A stretch of 64,000 nt of DNA from Octopus sinensis (lineage: Eukaryota). The notes under the pieces were generated by a model. That model was not told the origin of the DNA, ran no database searches, and saw nothing but the letters and a program-made list of their open reading frames with translations. Shown here one piece after another: positions 11,895 to 26,460 of the stretch. The first letter of the stretch is position 1. Every line of letters starts with the position of its first letter. The translations under genes were made by a program, and so were the position numbers. The DNA lies in assembly GCF_006345805.1 (NCBI RefSeq), contig NC_042997.1:70122001-70186000 (forward strand), written 5' to 3'.

Positions 11895-13959
11895 GTGTGT
11901 GGTGTGTGTGTGTGTGTGTGTGTGTGTGTTGTGTGTGTGTGTGTGTGTGTTGTGTAATACACACACACACAAATATATACGCATAATAGACACACTTACA
12001 CATATATGTGCACTTGTTTGTACGTGTGCGTGTGTGTACGTCCAAGAGCACACATTAGTGCTTGAAAGCCTTACTCCTCCTATTATATACAACTCTACAT
12101 CTTCTGTGTCTCAATATTTCATCCAGTCTATTTTTTTGACTCACTTTTTTTTTATTGTTTACGAGTATATACTGCAATAGATTTTACATTATTTGCTATA
12201 ATTCATATTTCTTCCCATGCAAAGAAGAAACTAAAGTACTGTGGTGAAAATGTGCTGGTTTGCCTTCCATAATTCACTATACAAAGAGAAAGCATTTATG
12301 CAGTTATAGCGTGTTTCCATGTGTTTATAGGTCAGTACTAGCTCAGTAGACTCATTATCAAAAACTTTCTAGACAAGAACACTTGGTGCTTCTGTGAAGA
12401 ATTGTGCAATGTGTCACTCAGTTTTGCAAGATGAATGGGGTTATTTTGAGTAAAGGTTTGGCTGATGTAACTAACACAAAGAAGTGCCTCGATGGATCAT
12501 CCTTTATAGGCATCGATTATATGTTTATGAATATTACATTCATGTGAGGTACATTCTGCTTAGAAGAAGTGAGAAAAATGCTGTAACACACTGCCCTATC
12601 TCGCAAATGCACTGATTTCCAACATTCCCAAATATTCTGATGATACAAAAATCTGTTTCTGGCAGTTAGTTAATGCGATATCACTTCCATCAAGTCAGTC
12701 TGTAATACGCTTACCTCACATTAAACATTCTGCCCATTCATTACAGATGTTTTGTTCTTTTGTTTAGCTGTAGGTCAAACAGACCTTCCTTGAGCCGGAA
12801 ACTCTTGATAGAATTGTACGATTCGGCATGTTAATCCTGGCGAGTGCATATCACTCCAGATCTGTTGCAGCTGATTTCTCTCTCTTCTTGTTCATCTTAG
12901 AGAGAGAGAGAGAGAGAGAGAGAGGGGGTGAAGAGGATTAGAAGAAAGAGCTTCAGACTGTCATTTTATCTGTTGAGTCCCAAATGGATGAAAACCAAAG
13001 TTAACATCAACGAAATTTGAACTCAGACGATAACGAAAGAATACAACAAAGTATTCAGTCCGACTCTTTAGCGACTCCGCTAATTTACCTCCTAAATTCA
13101 TTCTCTAATTCATCAAGCAAATCAAAGTTTCAGGAAATAATTCCAGTTTGATTATTTTGCCTTTTCCTCCGGTATAATGTACCCAAGACTATATTATCCA
13201 ATTGTCCCTTTCATCGACACTAAGCTAAAATTTTAAAGATTTGATTGGTATTTCTATCTGGTTGAGCAAGCACGTTGAGTTGTCTTCCTTAAAATCTCAA
13301 TACAAACATTTTACTCAGGGCGTCATCCATATCTCCCTTACTCACATTTTCTCTGCAAAAATTAACTTCTAGATGTTAGAATTAAGCATAAGCCATTGAA
13401 TCTCGCCGTCTGTGCAAGGTGAAATTTTTATTGTTATTGGTGTTAGTTATCCAGATCATATCTGATCAGGTTGGTTAATGATCAAAGACGTGTGAACAGT
13501 AGGTTGTGTATTTGTAGCTTTAGTCACCAGAATCACCTTTAGTCATTAGATTGTAATTCGACGGAGGTATAGTCGTGATTTTAGGAAGTTCGCGGAGAAA
13601 TGCCTTTGGAAGAAAAGTGTATGACTTAACGAGACTCAAATGTATCTTCGAATAAATTATATAAAACTAAACACTGTATGATGTTAGTATAGAAATGATT
13701 CGTGGGAAATTAATACATGTTCAGTTATGCTCAAGTAGGCTTCTTAATTCCGGTTACACAAGCTGTATGTCTGTACACAATGTTACGTAACGTTCACTAA
13801 GGTATATGAAAATTATTTCTTACAAATATACTCGTATATGTGAAACTTTCACTACGATTTTCATAAACATTAAGAATTTGCTTGAACATATATATTTTCC
13901 AACATGGAATAATATCAGTTCAAACGTTTGGAGTTCTTTCAAAATTAGAAGTATTAAGG

Positions 13960-14810
13960 AGGGTGAGTTGGTAGAATCGTTAATACGCCGGGCGAAATGC
14001 TTGGTGGCATTTCGTCCGTCTTTATGTTCTGAGTTCAAATACTGCAGAGGCTGACTTTGCTTTTCAACACTTCGGGGACGATAAAACAAGTACCAGTGGG
14101 ATACTGGGGTCGATGTTACCGACATACGCTCTCCTAAGATTGCTGACCATGTGCCAAAAATTGAAACTGATTCTAGAAATATTAAAGGAGGCAAGCAGGT
14201 AGAATCGTTAGAACGCCAGACAAAATGCTTAGCGGTATTTCACCCAGCTTCACGTACTCAGTGCAAATTCCGTTGAGGTCGACGTTGCCTTTCACCTTTG
14301 ATCATTGGGGTCGATGTAATTGACTGGTCCCCTCCCCCGAAATTGCTGACCTTGTACTAAAACTTGAACCCAATATTACAAGTTATAAAGGCAGCACGAT
14401 GGTAGAGTCGTTAATACGCCGGACAAAATACTTAGCGGCATTTCGTCAGATTTTACATCGAGCCCAGTGCTCACTGGTCCTTGTTTTATCGACCCCGAAC
14501 GGATGAAAGGCAAAATCGACCTCGGTTGAATTTGAACCCAGAACGAAAAAACAGACGAAATATCGTTAAGAACTTTGCTCGGCATGCTAACGATTCTGCT
14601 AACTTGCCACATTTTAGGTGATGAATATAGCTCCAAAGAAGGCGGCGAACTGGCAAGAACGGAAGTTCTGAGTTCAAATTCTGCCGAGGTCGACTTTGCT
14701 TTCATCCTTCCGGAGTCGGTAAATCAAGTACCAGTTGTATACTGGAGGGGATCTAATCGACTGGCCCATCCTCAAAAGTTTCGGGCCTTGTGCCTAGAGT
14801 AGAAAAGAAA
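13960..14810. mobile_element. Cluster of 4-5 copies of the abundant SINE family in both orientations
   Basis: Family motifs at about 13960-14160 (+), 14190-14370 (+), 14470-14595 (-) and 14640-14810 (+). Confidence 0.8.
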
Positions 14811-15369
14811 ATAGCCAAATCTACCATCCAGTAACCGAACAAATTCTCCACTTCTATTTGTATTGCGTGTTCTCTATATTCACTGAATGAATTTCGAGTG
14901 TCTAGAGAGGAAATGAAGCAGACCTGACAATTTATCCGCCTAAGATTTCAGTTTATGAGTGCGATAATGAAATATAATCACTAGAAAGTGAAAAGTTTTG
15001 CAATACTTCGTACGAGCAAATGTATATTACGTAAGAAAGAAAAGTAAAATAAAAAGAAAGGCGGTATGATGAGGAAATTACGCTTTTCAGGTTATCGGAG
15101 ACTAGTGTAAAGGGGAGAAAGAAAGAATATGGAGATCAAGTTAAAATACTTACAATGAAGTGGACTCAGATAAAAGCGTCTAATGACCAATGACCAACTA
15201 CTTTAAAACGGATGATGGATTAAGTTTAACACCCAATAATAGGGACACACCTTCCATATAGTCTACATCAACAAAGATTCATTCAAAATATATGGTCAAT
15301 TCAAGTATATCATAGAAAAGAATAAGTCATACGACGGTCGTGCTCTATTATATATAACCAACGGAGTGC

Positions 15370-15432
<63 letters not shown>

Positions 15433-15794
15433 TAATATATATAATGTTATATATATATATATATTTTATATATTATATATTATATATATTATACACACAC
15501 CACACACATATATATTATATATATGATATATATTATTTATATATTACATATATATATATATATATACATCATGTATATATTATATATATATTATATATAT
15601 ATATCATATACATATATATATATTATATATATCATATGTATATTATATATCATATATATTATGTATGTATATTATATACATATATCGTATATATATCATG
15701 TATATATATATCATATATATATATATATATACATTGTATATATATATTATGTATATATCTATATCATATGTATGTATATATATATAGACACACA

Positions 15795-15869
<75 letters not shown>

Positions 15870-16170
15870 CAACAGAAAGAGATAAAAATCAAAGGCAGTG
15901 AATAGTTTTCAGAACATTTATAAAGAGGAAGTCTTACAGCTGTTTCTGGAATATTTTATACATCTCTTCATGAGAGAAGGTGCAAGAAAATGTTCAATAA
16001 TAGTTATTATAGAGAAGATAGGAAATGCAGAATGAAGTAGAGAATGAAGACATATATATATGCATACATATAAGGATGCAACGCGTCAGCAACGGTTCAA
16101 ATGACATGAAATACGCAAACCACTAGAAAAAAGGGGAGAAAGAGAAAGCAGGACAGATTAACACAGTGAA
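15870..16170 (-). mobile_element. Penelope pseudo-LTR remnant
   Basis: Minus strand ctcatgaagag...gaaacagctgtaagac (degenerate hammerhead core); 16060-16170 is repeated, diverged, at 16490-16630. Confidence 0.5.
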
Positions 16171-16261
16171 GGTACCCTCTCACTCTACTCTTCATTTCGT
16201 GCATTCAATTACAATATGAGTCTTCAAAGGTAGAAGAGAGAGAGAGAGAGAGAGAGAGAGT

Positions 16262-16311
<50 letters not shown>

Positions 16312-16489
16312 GAATGAAAACTGTGAAGGAGGAAGAGGGGAAAAGGGAATGAGAGAATAATGGTGGTAGAAAACAGTATAGAAAAGAGAATGGCATGAAA
16401 AGGTGAAGATAATCCTACTTGGAAATGGATGTGTCACGTTCAATTAAATAATAATTAATAAATAACATAATATCATATATATATATATA

Positions 16490-16630
16490 TATATATACAC
16501 ATGCATATATGGGTACAGGATGTCACTAACGATACAAATAACATGAAATACGTAAACAACGAGAAGAAAAAAGAGACTAAAATGGAAAGCAGGTCAAGTT
16601 AACAGAGAGAAAGGCCCTTCATCAGTTGTA
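16490..16630 (-). mobile_element. Penelope pseudo-LTR remnant (second copy)
   Basis: Diverged direct repeat of 16060-16170; contains CTGATGA on the minus strand; bounded by (TA)n. Confidence 0.45.
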
Positions 16631-18072
16631 TATATAAATATATATATATATATAAATATATATATATGTGTGTGTGTGTGTGTTAAAGAGCTACTTTCTA
16701 TGCTTTTTGAAACAGTACGATTTACGGTAAAATAATGACAATTTTCTGACGTTCATTATTACATTAATGTCGATTTCTGTTATAATTTGCCGAAACCATA
16801 CGTTTCTAAGAGAAATGATTAGGCAAAACGACCCTATAATGATCTGTATAAACCTGAAATTAGGTTTATTGTCATGCGTTGAAACAACTTAATAGTAGTG
16901 ATACTTTGTTTCATAGAGATTAGAAGACATCATTTAGGGCTATTCGTGAAGTTTTCTCGTTGATCCTTAAATACAAAGTGTAGTTTATTGATTCAGGTGG
17001 TTTGTCTATGTGTCTAGTTCCATCTGTGGCTAGATTCTTTGCTTTAATACTAAATGTTCTATTCTAATTATTTCTTTATAACTCTAACCTTGAATACAAA
17101 TTTTGCGTTACCTGCTCTTACAAATAGATTGCTGGAATTACGAAAGAGTTGTAAATACTTTATAATTTCATTGTGGAGGCTGTTGGTTTCATTGAAAAAA
17201 CTTCCCGTTATTATATGCTTAAATAGGTCTTCTATGAAACTTTCCATGTTTTGATGAGAGAGGAACTTTATGACGCGAGGCCAAACTTATTATTTGTATG
17301 TATCTTATATAAGGCTTTATCAAAGAAGAAGACACCTTAGTATACTTTCTATGAACTACTTGGCATAAAGATTTCTTGATAAGATACCAAAAATTCAGAG
17401 AACGAACGATGGTATGCTTTCTATATTTCAGGATATTCTGTGGTCATATACACTTCCCAGCCAACACGTATTTGTTGAAGCATAATAGCGTTAATGATAA
17501 CAAATGAGAGACGATGCACTCAATACCTGAAAGTTTAATATAAATAAATTAGTTAATTTGGTCAGCCGGATCCAAAAGAGGATCAGCACTTTTCCTTCGG
17601 GTTAAGAATAGACAACAAAAGTCACTATATTGGAGGGAATATAGCCTTATCAGTGGTCAACACGAATTTAACATTACCCTGATGCTATGAGGTTAGAGCC
17701 ATCATTTCCACGTAGCGCAAAGTAATGAGACTGAAATAAATAAATAAATTTAATAAATAAATGAATAAATAAATAAATTCAAAGGTTTATGCTTAAAATG
17801 ATGTAAGTGTGGCTTGCAACGAATTCGAAGGCTATATATATATATATAATACGGGGGTTTTGTCCTTGTGTAGCTCGTCCTGTATTGTTTTTTTTTCGTT
17901 TTCTTGTTTTTCGTTTTCCGTTTTCTTGTTTTTTGTTTTTTGCTTTTTCCGTTTCTACGTCTTATTGTGATGTCCTTACTCCCGTATAATTATTTATATA
18001 TGCATGTATATATACATGTAGATGTAGGTACGTACATATATGTTTGTATGTATGCTATATTTTTATTTATCT

Positions 18073-18089
<17 letters not shown>

Positions 18090-18111
<22 letters not shown>

Positions 18112-18318
18112 AATGTGACTGCGTGTGTACCGTTGGCGATTTTTTCCCCCGTCTTCCCCTTCTGGATCTTTTTCTTTTCTTATGTTTCTGACGAAGAGCT
18201 CCACTCGAACGTAGAATCCTCCTTCTTTCCTTCCTTCCTGAGCGTCCAATAATAATATATTTGTTCCACGTCCTCGCGTTGTTGTGTTTTCTCTTTGTGT
18301 TTTCATGTTTGGATTGAC

Positions 18319-18320
<2 letters not shown>
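18090..18320 (+). mobile_element. Penelope pseudo-LTR-like element between (TA)n tracts
   Basis: ctgacgaagagctccactcgaacgt core and ccacgtcctcgcgttgttgt tail, shared with 61575-61710. Confidence 0.55.
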
Positions 18321-18360
<40 letters not shown>

Positions 18361-18959
18361 AGTTGTGTGTGTATAGTTATGCGTGTAAATAAATAAAGTC
18401 ATACTTAATTTGTACCTATGCTATTAAAGAAAAATATGGAAGCGAAACGATCACACAATAGTGAAATAAAAAGAACATATTTACACGTGCAGAGAAAATA
18501 AATTATATGAGATATTCAAAAGACGGTGGAAATCGAAAAGCTAATTACCGAAGAAAAAATATAAAATATTTCCATTGTATAATTTGAGTGCAGATTATTG
18601 AATTAGCTAGATGTCATCCGGATATACAAACCCTCAATCTTAAAATCAAAGTAAAGTCGAAATTGTGTAAGTTAATGAAAATAAATTATTTAAGTATTTG
18701 TTGTTGTTAATGATGTTGCTGAATATGAGGTCAGCTCTGATAAAGAGTCATATGGGCAGAGGCATATTTACTGTGATCATTCTATTTATTTTCTCAGACA
18801 AATACTAACTAGGCGACCGTTCTCCAATGTACCCTTTCTTCCTTAAGGAGGTACGGTATGAGCTGAACGAGATTTGCAAGTGGACACCACATAGAGAGTC
18901 CATCAATAAGAGTTTACTCAGTGATTTAATCTTGTGAAAATTTTAGTTCACCTTACTCG

Positions 18960-19700
18960 TCTCCTCGCCAACAAGACATTTTATCTATTCTTTGTCGCGA
19001 CCTGTTTTAGCACACTTTCTGTTGACAACATTTTTTGTTTTCATTTTGCATACATTCCTGCCAGAATGTTGCTTGCTTTGACATTTGCAAGCGTTCTCTT
19101 TCCTTAGTAATTCCTTTTCTTTGTTTCTATCCTATAAATGCTTGTATGGGTTGTTGATAGTATTTGTGCACCACATCTCTTAGACTATTTGATGCAGTAG
19201 AAATATTTTTTTATCTCCAGATTTACTTACGCGTGTAGACCTGACCAAAGATTAATAAAAAATACTTTTCAAAATCTACATATTTGCATTTCTGTTAAAA
19301 TTTATTGTTTTGAAGGACTTACAAATAAAATATGAAAATTATTAGATTTAATATTTTCTCATAGTTTTTAAAGAATTTTGTATTTATTAATTTTGTTTGT
19401 ATTTTGCATACTTATAAAACACTAATATTTCTTTATAAGACACTAATGTTTATAAGACATTAATACTTTATAAGACATTAATGCAAATAGTTTCGTCGCT
19501 ATGATTTCTTTTAGTCTTTGTTGCACGTTTGGTAATCTCGTAAGTTTGCTTTAACAATTCGTTTGCTATTTCTTTTGATTTCTCTGCTGCAAGACGAAGT
19601 TTTTCTTGCACGCATTCATTAAATTTCAAAGATTCGTGGACACATAAATATCGGTATTATATAAAATGTTTTCGCAAACACAACAACACGTTAAATTTCA
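18960..19700 (-). pseudogene. Decayed Penelope ORF fragment (thumb/linker to GIY-YIG)
   Basis: Minus-strand NECVQEKLRLAAEKSKEIANELLKQTYEITKRA resembles the PLE LxELxxxLLxQxYP segment; adjacent pLTR at 19745-19995. Confidence 0.35.
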
Positions 19701-19744
19701 GGATGTGGAACTAAAACGATACAAAACAAAAAGAAATTCGTTTT

Positions 19745-19995
19745 GGGATCACCACTACTTTATTATCCCCCTTCTTCCTAACTCTCCTGTATGACCCCTC
19801 TATACAGCATTCACCATGATAGATCGCTAGCCACTACACATTGTTTATTTTCTCTCCTTGTTTCTTTCTGTGTTCCTTTCTGTGGAAGAGCGTAGGCTCG
19901 AAACGTTAAAGTCTTTTTCCCTTCACGGTTGTTAAACTAATACATCCGTTTGGTGTCTACACCACCTTGTCTTCGTCTTTGTTTTTGTTATGAAT
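19745..19995 (+). mobile_element. Penelope pseudo-LTR-like terminus
   Basis: ctgtggaagagcgtaggctcgaaacgttaaag core, pyrimidine-rich tail, then (TA)n. Confidence 0.55.
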
Positions 19996-20005
19996 TCTCC
20001 ATGTG

Positions 20006-20093
<88 letters not shown>

Positions 20094-20388
20094 TATACAC
20101 ACAGTATATATAATCCATATTCGTATCCATGGTCTAATGAAGCTATAAGTTGTTACTCAGTGATTCAACTATGAGTCCATAACATCTTATAGCAGAAGCA
20201 GCTGTCAGCTGATGAAGTTTATAAGATAACCGATTATATCGTTATCATCTTAATTACTTATTATTGTTCTGTACTCGACTATCGCTTCGTTCTGAAGTAA
20301 ATCTACACCAGGCTATTAGGTATTGCAATGCCTCAACGATGCATATATATATATATATATTGTGTGTGTGTGTGTCTATGTATTTGTT

Positions 20389-20456
<68 letters not shown>

Positions 20457-20511
20457 ACATCTATACATATATAATATATATGTATAAATGTATTGAGTAT
20501 ATATATATAGG

Positions 20512-20820
20512 ACCACTCCGTCGGTTACGACGACGAGGATCCCAGCTGATACGATCAACGGAACAGCCTGCACGTGAAATTAACTTGCGAGTGGCTGAGC
20601 ATTCCACAGACACACGAACCCCTAACGTAGTTCTCAGGGAGATTCACCGTGAAACAGAGTGTGACAAGGCCGGCCCTTTGAAATACAGGTACAACTCTTG
20701 TTGCCAGCTGAGTGGACTGTAGCAATGTGAAATATACTGTCTTGCTCAATGACACAACGCGTCGCCGGAAATCGAACTCACGACCTTACAATCGTGAGCT
20801 GAATGCCCCAACCACTAAGT
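20512..20820 (-). mobile_element. tRNA-derived SINE
   Basis: Tail cactccgtcggttacgacgacgag shared with the 22527 and 60299 copies; head reverse complement gaaatcgaactcacgacc...accactaag. Confidence 0.8.
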
Positions 20821-21321
20821 CACACACACACACACACACACCCATATATATATATGCGTGTGTGTGTATGATGTGAGTGTAAATGTGAGATGTACGTGCC
20901 TCTCTTTCTCTCTCTCCTTCACTCTGTAAGTGTGTGCGCCAATGTATAACTCTATAGAAACGTATAATTAGAAGATATACACTGAGAATCATTGAGCGTG
21001 GATTAGAGGAGTATAGTACGTAATGCGGTTACCTCTTCAAGTATGAATATAAATGACTATAGTTTTGTGTCTATTATATTCTTTCAACAGGTGTGAAGAA
21101 GCAGCTAAACTTAAATTAAACTGCGACTTTCAAAAACAAAAATTAATATAAACTACATTACGTGACAGCTGTTAAGTGCAACTGGTGTTTAAGCTATTCC
21201 TTGTTAATCATATTTTTTAAAGAATCGATCTAAAAATCGATGTACCTTTTTAACAAGCTGTTTAGTATTTACATATATGTATATAAACATACACACGCAC
21301 GCAAAAGTATAAGTACGTACG

Positions 21322-21366
<45 letters not shown>

Positions 21367-22114
21367 GTATAACAATGAATATAAATATATATGTGCGTGT
21401 CCGTGTGTTTCTGCGTGTGTGTTTATATGTATATACAGACACATCCCAGATACACACACACACACACACACACACATATGTCGTTGTGCGTATGTACGAG
21501 TGTGTGTGTGTGTATATATATATATGTGCCTGTGTGTGTGTATATATATATATATATGTGTGTAGATGTGTGTACGAGTGCTCGCTTAACTTTTTGCCAT
21601 ATTTATTCCGGATCTGATGAGAGGTTTTTCCACCATAATTTGATGTTGTTAACCAAATATCAGTTCAGATATTTGGACTAATGAAAGTTTTATATCATTG
21701 TACAAGATGTCTTTCAATATCCGTTTCTTTGGTCTTAGTAAGCAAAACCTGCTCTAGGCTCTAGGCTCTAGGTTTATCGGATTTTTTCTGTCATGTGCAT
21801 CTTGTTTATTTATATCAATGTTCCACTGGTTTACTTCGATGCGATGAAAAGGTAAACGAAATTTCTACCCATTCTCTCTTCAGATCTTCCCAACTCCATT
21901 CTCCCTCTCCTCTCTCTCTCTCAATTTCCCCCTCTCTCTCTGCAATTACTATATATACATACACATGCACACATATATATAAACATGTGTGTATATATTT
22001 AAGGACAAACAAATATCAATGAGTAAATGTTTGTAGCGGCCACACATCATTCAGGAAAAGGACCGAACTCAACATTAAGATTGTTTTGAAGCCAGGGAGA
22101 TCCATTTGATCGCA

Positions 22115-22505
22115 GTTATGTAGGACAAACGCCCTTGAGGATACCATATGCACTAATGAGAACTGTATAGCATGTAAGATTAGCCGTCGCATTAAGTGTA
22201 AAACTAGAAATGTAGTCTATAGCATAAGGAGCATAGAAGGTGCTTGTAAAAATAAAAACACGGTTATATATTGAAGAGACCGCTAGAAGTATAGCGGAGA
22301 GAATAAACAGTCGCTCGAGGCAATATGATGACAAGAAACTATCATCCATACTCTAACAGTATACCAACATGGATGCACACTCTGCCGTCTTAACATCCGC
22401 ATTTTATTCAAGTACCCGAAGGACCTACCACTCAGACAAATACAAGAATACGTTCTCATAAATGAATCGTCCCTCGTACTAAATACGAGATACACGTGGA
22501 AGGTA
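22115..22505 (+). pseudogene. Penelope GIY-YIG endonuclease remnant
   Basis: CTNENCIACKISRRIKCKTRNVVYSIRSIEGACK..YIEETARSIAERIN...LRQIQEYVLINESSLVLNTRYTW with frameshifts; same type as 33690-33960. Confidence 0.7.
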
Positions 22506-22526
22506 GTGATACCCAATACTTTTCGT

Positions 22527-22893
22527 AGCACTCCGTCGGTTACGACGACGAGGGTTCCAGTTGATCCGATCAACGGAACAGCCTGCTCGTGAAATTAACG
22601 TGCAAGTTTAGCCACTTGCACGTTACCCTTAACGTAGTTCCCGGGAAAGACTGAGTGTAACACAAAGTGTGACACGGTTGGCCCTTTGAAATACAGGTAC
22701 AACATAAACAGGAAGAAAGAGAGAAAGTTGTGGTGAAAGAGTACAGCAGGGTTCGCAACCACCCCCTGCTGGAGCCGCGTGGAGCTCTAAGTGCTCTCGC
22801 TCAGTAAAAACTCACAACGCCCGGTCTGGTAATCGAAATCGTGATCCTACGACCGCTAGTCCGCTGCCCTAACAACTGGGCCATTGTGCCTCC
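22527..22893 (-). mobile_element. tRNA-derived SINE, near full length
   Basis: Head ggaggcacaatggcccagttgttagggcagcgg; body and tail match 60299-60673. Confidence 0.85.
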
Positions 22894-23489
22894 ACACACA
22901 ATACCTGCAGAATATGCATACAGAAGTACATTTGCTATTAGGCAGTTAAGTAAGTAAATAGAGGGGTAGATAAATAGCTATGTAGGTAAACTGATAGGCA
23001 CATAGATAGGTAGGGAGATAAGTACATAGGTAATACGGACTGACAAGCACACACACCCACAAAAGAGACGGAGACACATGATCATATATACACACGCAAT
23101 CTCCACATACGCACACACAGAAAGATACATATGGAGACACACATTCTTAATAACACACGCACGTATGATCTGTCGCACAAACTCATACACATAGACACAC
23201 TAAAACAATCGCACGCAAAAAAGCAGAGGTATACACACAAATACATACATATATACATACGTAAATACATACAAACATACATACATACATACTCATACAC
23301 ACAAGCATGCACTCTCACACAAACACATGAATATGCAGAATACATACATACATACATACATACATACATACATACTACATACATACATACATATTTACGT
23401 ACATAAACGCATACATATACACACACATACACTAAAAATTTGAGCACATTTTCTCCATAAACTTTCTTATAAGATTATTCGATGAATCA

Positions 23490-24420
23490 GCCTTCAGCTT
23501 CGTTCTCGGCGTGAAATCGTTAACATGCCCAAACTAAATGGTAATTATTCATTTCCGGCATCACCTGGTTAATGGCAGCCTTCATTGTAGATATGGTATT
23601 GTGAAAGTGTTGATTAGTTTCCCTTTCACGTCAAACATAGTAGCGCATGATATTTAAATCAGGCAGGCTTGGAAGCCACAAGCTTGATGTCACACGATCG
23701 TAAAGATTGTCTGACATGCATTCTTGGTTTACGCAGGCTGTCTATAAATATGTTGTGTCTAGTTGAAACTCGTATGATCTTTCACTGCGTACTTCATTCA
23801 TGCAGAACTTAATTGTTTCTAGCATCTGAACCTACCCAGCAGTTTTAATTCTAAGACCCTGTGGTAAAGATATGAAGTGATATAGCATGACATTCGTTAT
23901 CCACAATTCCTAAACCCATCATAGCTGCTGCAAACGTAATGTGCAGCACTCTAGGGACATCAGAAATATGTGCATATAAAGATCTGTAATTTCTCCTATT
24001 AGATCTTTGGCCTTGGTTGAAGATTTTCTCGTCAGAGAAAACCAAATTATGCTATGTTCCTGTGGGTTTTAGCCTTGTTAAGGCACGTATCAAACAGTGC
24101 TTTTGCGGATATGAATTGGCCTCATCTCAGAAACTACGCGTGGGATCGAATATCTTCGTGCACCAAAGTTCTGACTGCCCACCTTCACATCTGAAGTTCT
24201 TCGGTAATGATCTTCATTGATTTTCTGAGATCATCTTCGCTAATGTTTCGAACATCACTGTATGAATTGCCGTGTCCTTATAGCTTACGAACATTTAGAA
24301 TTTTTCTCTTTTTCTCTTTGAAAGGGCTGAAACATTCTTATCAAAGTTTTCTACTTCCATCGAAACTTTGTGTAGGAAAGATCTTCCAGCATGTCAAAGT
24401 TTGTAATTTATAAATCGTTG
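23490..24420 (-). pseudogene. Tc1/mariner DD37D (maT-like) transposase pseudogene
   Basis: DDLRKSMKIITEELQM..VRTLVHEDIR; VFSDEKIFNQGQRSNRRNYR..DVPRVLHITFAAAMMGLGIVDNECH; WLPSLPDLNIMRYYV (degenerate WPPSSPDLNPLD); ERETNQHFHNTISTMKAAI..EGxFIE*. Multiple stops and frameshifts. Confidence 0.85.
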
Positions 24421-24589
24421 TTTTGCACATATGGTAACAGCGACTACGTGTCTTTTCTTTTCTTGCCTTAGCATTTCATTTGCCATGGGTGATCTGAATA
24501 ATGGATTAACTGAAATCACGATGGAAAAGCAAATGAATTGCTTATATATCACACCATAAAAACAAAACCAAACAAAAACAAACAAACAG

Positions 24590-24918
24590 AGAATTAGATA
24601 TTGCCACTAGGGACGTGTTAGTCGGCTTGATGCAAAGCAAGTAATGAATTCACGAAATAGGCCGGCTATGGAAAATGAAAAAGGTGAAGATAGTGCTAAT
24701 TATTGTTGGGTCCTTGAGAACAGTATCAGAAAGCATCAAGAGAAACATAAAGGAAGTTGGAATGGAGTACCCAGTTTTGCCTCCTTGGCACGACCAGAAT
24801 AATCAGGAAAGTATTAGATAGCTGAAAAGAAAGAATAGTATGGTACCGTAGGATGCAGGTAGTAAGCCCACTACGTATGCAAGACTCCAGGAGGTCCAAC
24901 AAAACCGGTGATAAATAG
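24590..24918 (+). mobile_element. R4/Dong-type non-LTR retrotransposon, 3' fragment
   Basis: HEIGRLWKMKKVKIVLIIVGSLRTVS...LLGTTRIIRKVLDS* (RLE C-terminus), short UTR, then (TAA)n. Confidence 0.75.
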
Positions 24919-25000
<82 letters not shown>

Positions 25001-25044
25001 TAATAATATTAATATTCATATTAATAATAATAATAATAATAATA

Positions 25045-25080
<36 letters not shown>

Positions 25081-25124
25081 CATAATCATAATAATATTAA
25101 TAATAATAATAATATAATAATAAT

Positions 25125-25201
<77 letters not shown>

Positions 25202-25212
25202 TGATAATAATG

Positions 25213-25294
<82 letters not shown>

Positions 25295-25302
25295 TGATGA
25301 TA

Positions 25303-25358
<56 letters not shown>

Positions 25359-25410
25359 AATAATAATAATAATGATAATAATAATAATAATAATATTAAT
25401 AGTAGTAATA
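24919..25410. repeat. (TAA)n/(TGA)n microsatellite
   Basis: Directly visible. Confidence 0.95.
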
Positions 25411-26018
25411 ACAACAACCTGCCTCGTGATAAAAACTGGTGGGAGCAAAATCAACCCCCAGGGCTTGAAAATGACCACATCTCATTCCTTTGGAATTTCA
25501 CCATTCAAACTGACAGAAAAATAGATGTGAACTGGCCAAGGACTTCAGACAAAAATTAAGCCTCCTCATCGATATGACTGTCTCAATCGACATAGATATG
25601 TCTGTCAATACCTACGAAAAACTAAGCAAGTATAAAGATCTTGAAACAGAAATTACCAAATGTGGAACATGAAGACGAAAACAATACCTGTTGTCATAGG
25701 TGCCCTAGGAATGATAACAAAAGGAGCTGATTGCTACCTAGCTCAGCAACCAGGAAATCTAAGAATGGAAGAAATTAACAAAATAGTGCTCATGTGAACT
25801 GTCCATATCCTGCGTAACATAATGTCTATGTAATTGCAAATTTTAAAACAAACTTTAAAATGTCTTGCTTTCTTAGACATCCTCTAGAACAATACTTAGT
25901 GCAAAACCAATTATATGGCACGTTAGTCATAACACCAACTTTAACTTCTAGCTTGTTGTCTCTTGAGGTCTCTGGATGAGACTTGGAGTCGACTTGTACA
26001 AATACAAAGCAAAAGTCA

Positions 26019-26020
<2 letters not shown>
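25411..26020 (+). mobile_element. R4/Dong-type retrotransposon 3' fragment, family A, copy 1
   Basis: LPRDKNWWE..LENDHISFLWNFTIQTDRKID..LLIDMTV..YEKLSKYKDLE..KTIPVVIGALGMI..IVLM*TVHILR (decayed PD-(D/E)xK RLE domain); TAA tracts on both sides. Confidence 0.85.
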
Positions 26021-26055
<35 letters not shown>

Positions 26056-26084
26056 TAATAATAATAATAATAATAATAATAGTA

Positions 26085-26120
<36 letters not shown>

Positions 26121-26155
26121 TAATAATAATAATAATAATAATATATAATAATATA

Positions 26156-26195
<40 letters not shown>

Positions 26196-26219
26196 CATAA
26201 TAATAATAATATAATAATA

Positions 26220-26251
<32 letters not shown>

Positions 26252-26370
26252 TATAATAATAATGATAATAATGATAATAATATAATAATAAATAATATAA
26301 TAATAATAATAAAATATAATAATAATAAAATAATATAATAATAATGATGATAATAATGATAATAATAATA

Positions 26371-26408
<38 letters not shown>

Positions 26409-26460
26409 AATAATAATAATAATGATAATAATAATAATAATAATATTAATAGTAGTAATA
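26021..26460. repeat. (TAA)n/(TGA)n microsatellite
   Basis: Directly visible. Confidence 0.95.

Noticed and set aside
12600-12700. YSDDTK, resembling the CR1 RT motif xADDTK
   Set aside because: A single short motif without supporting flanking RT motifs.
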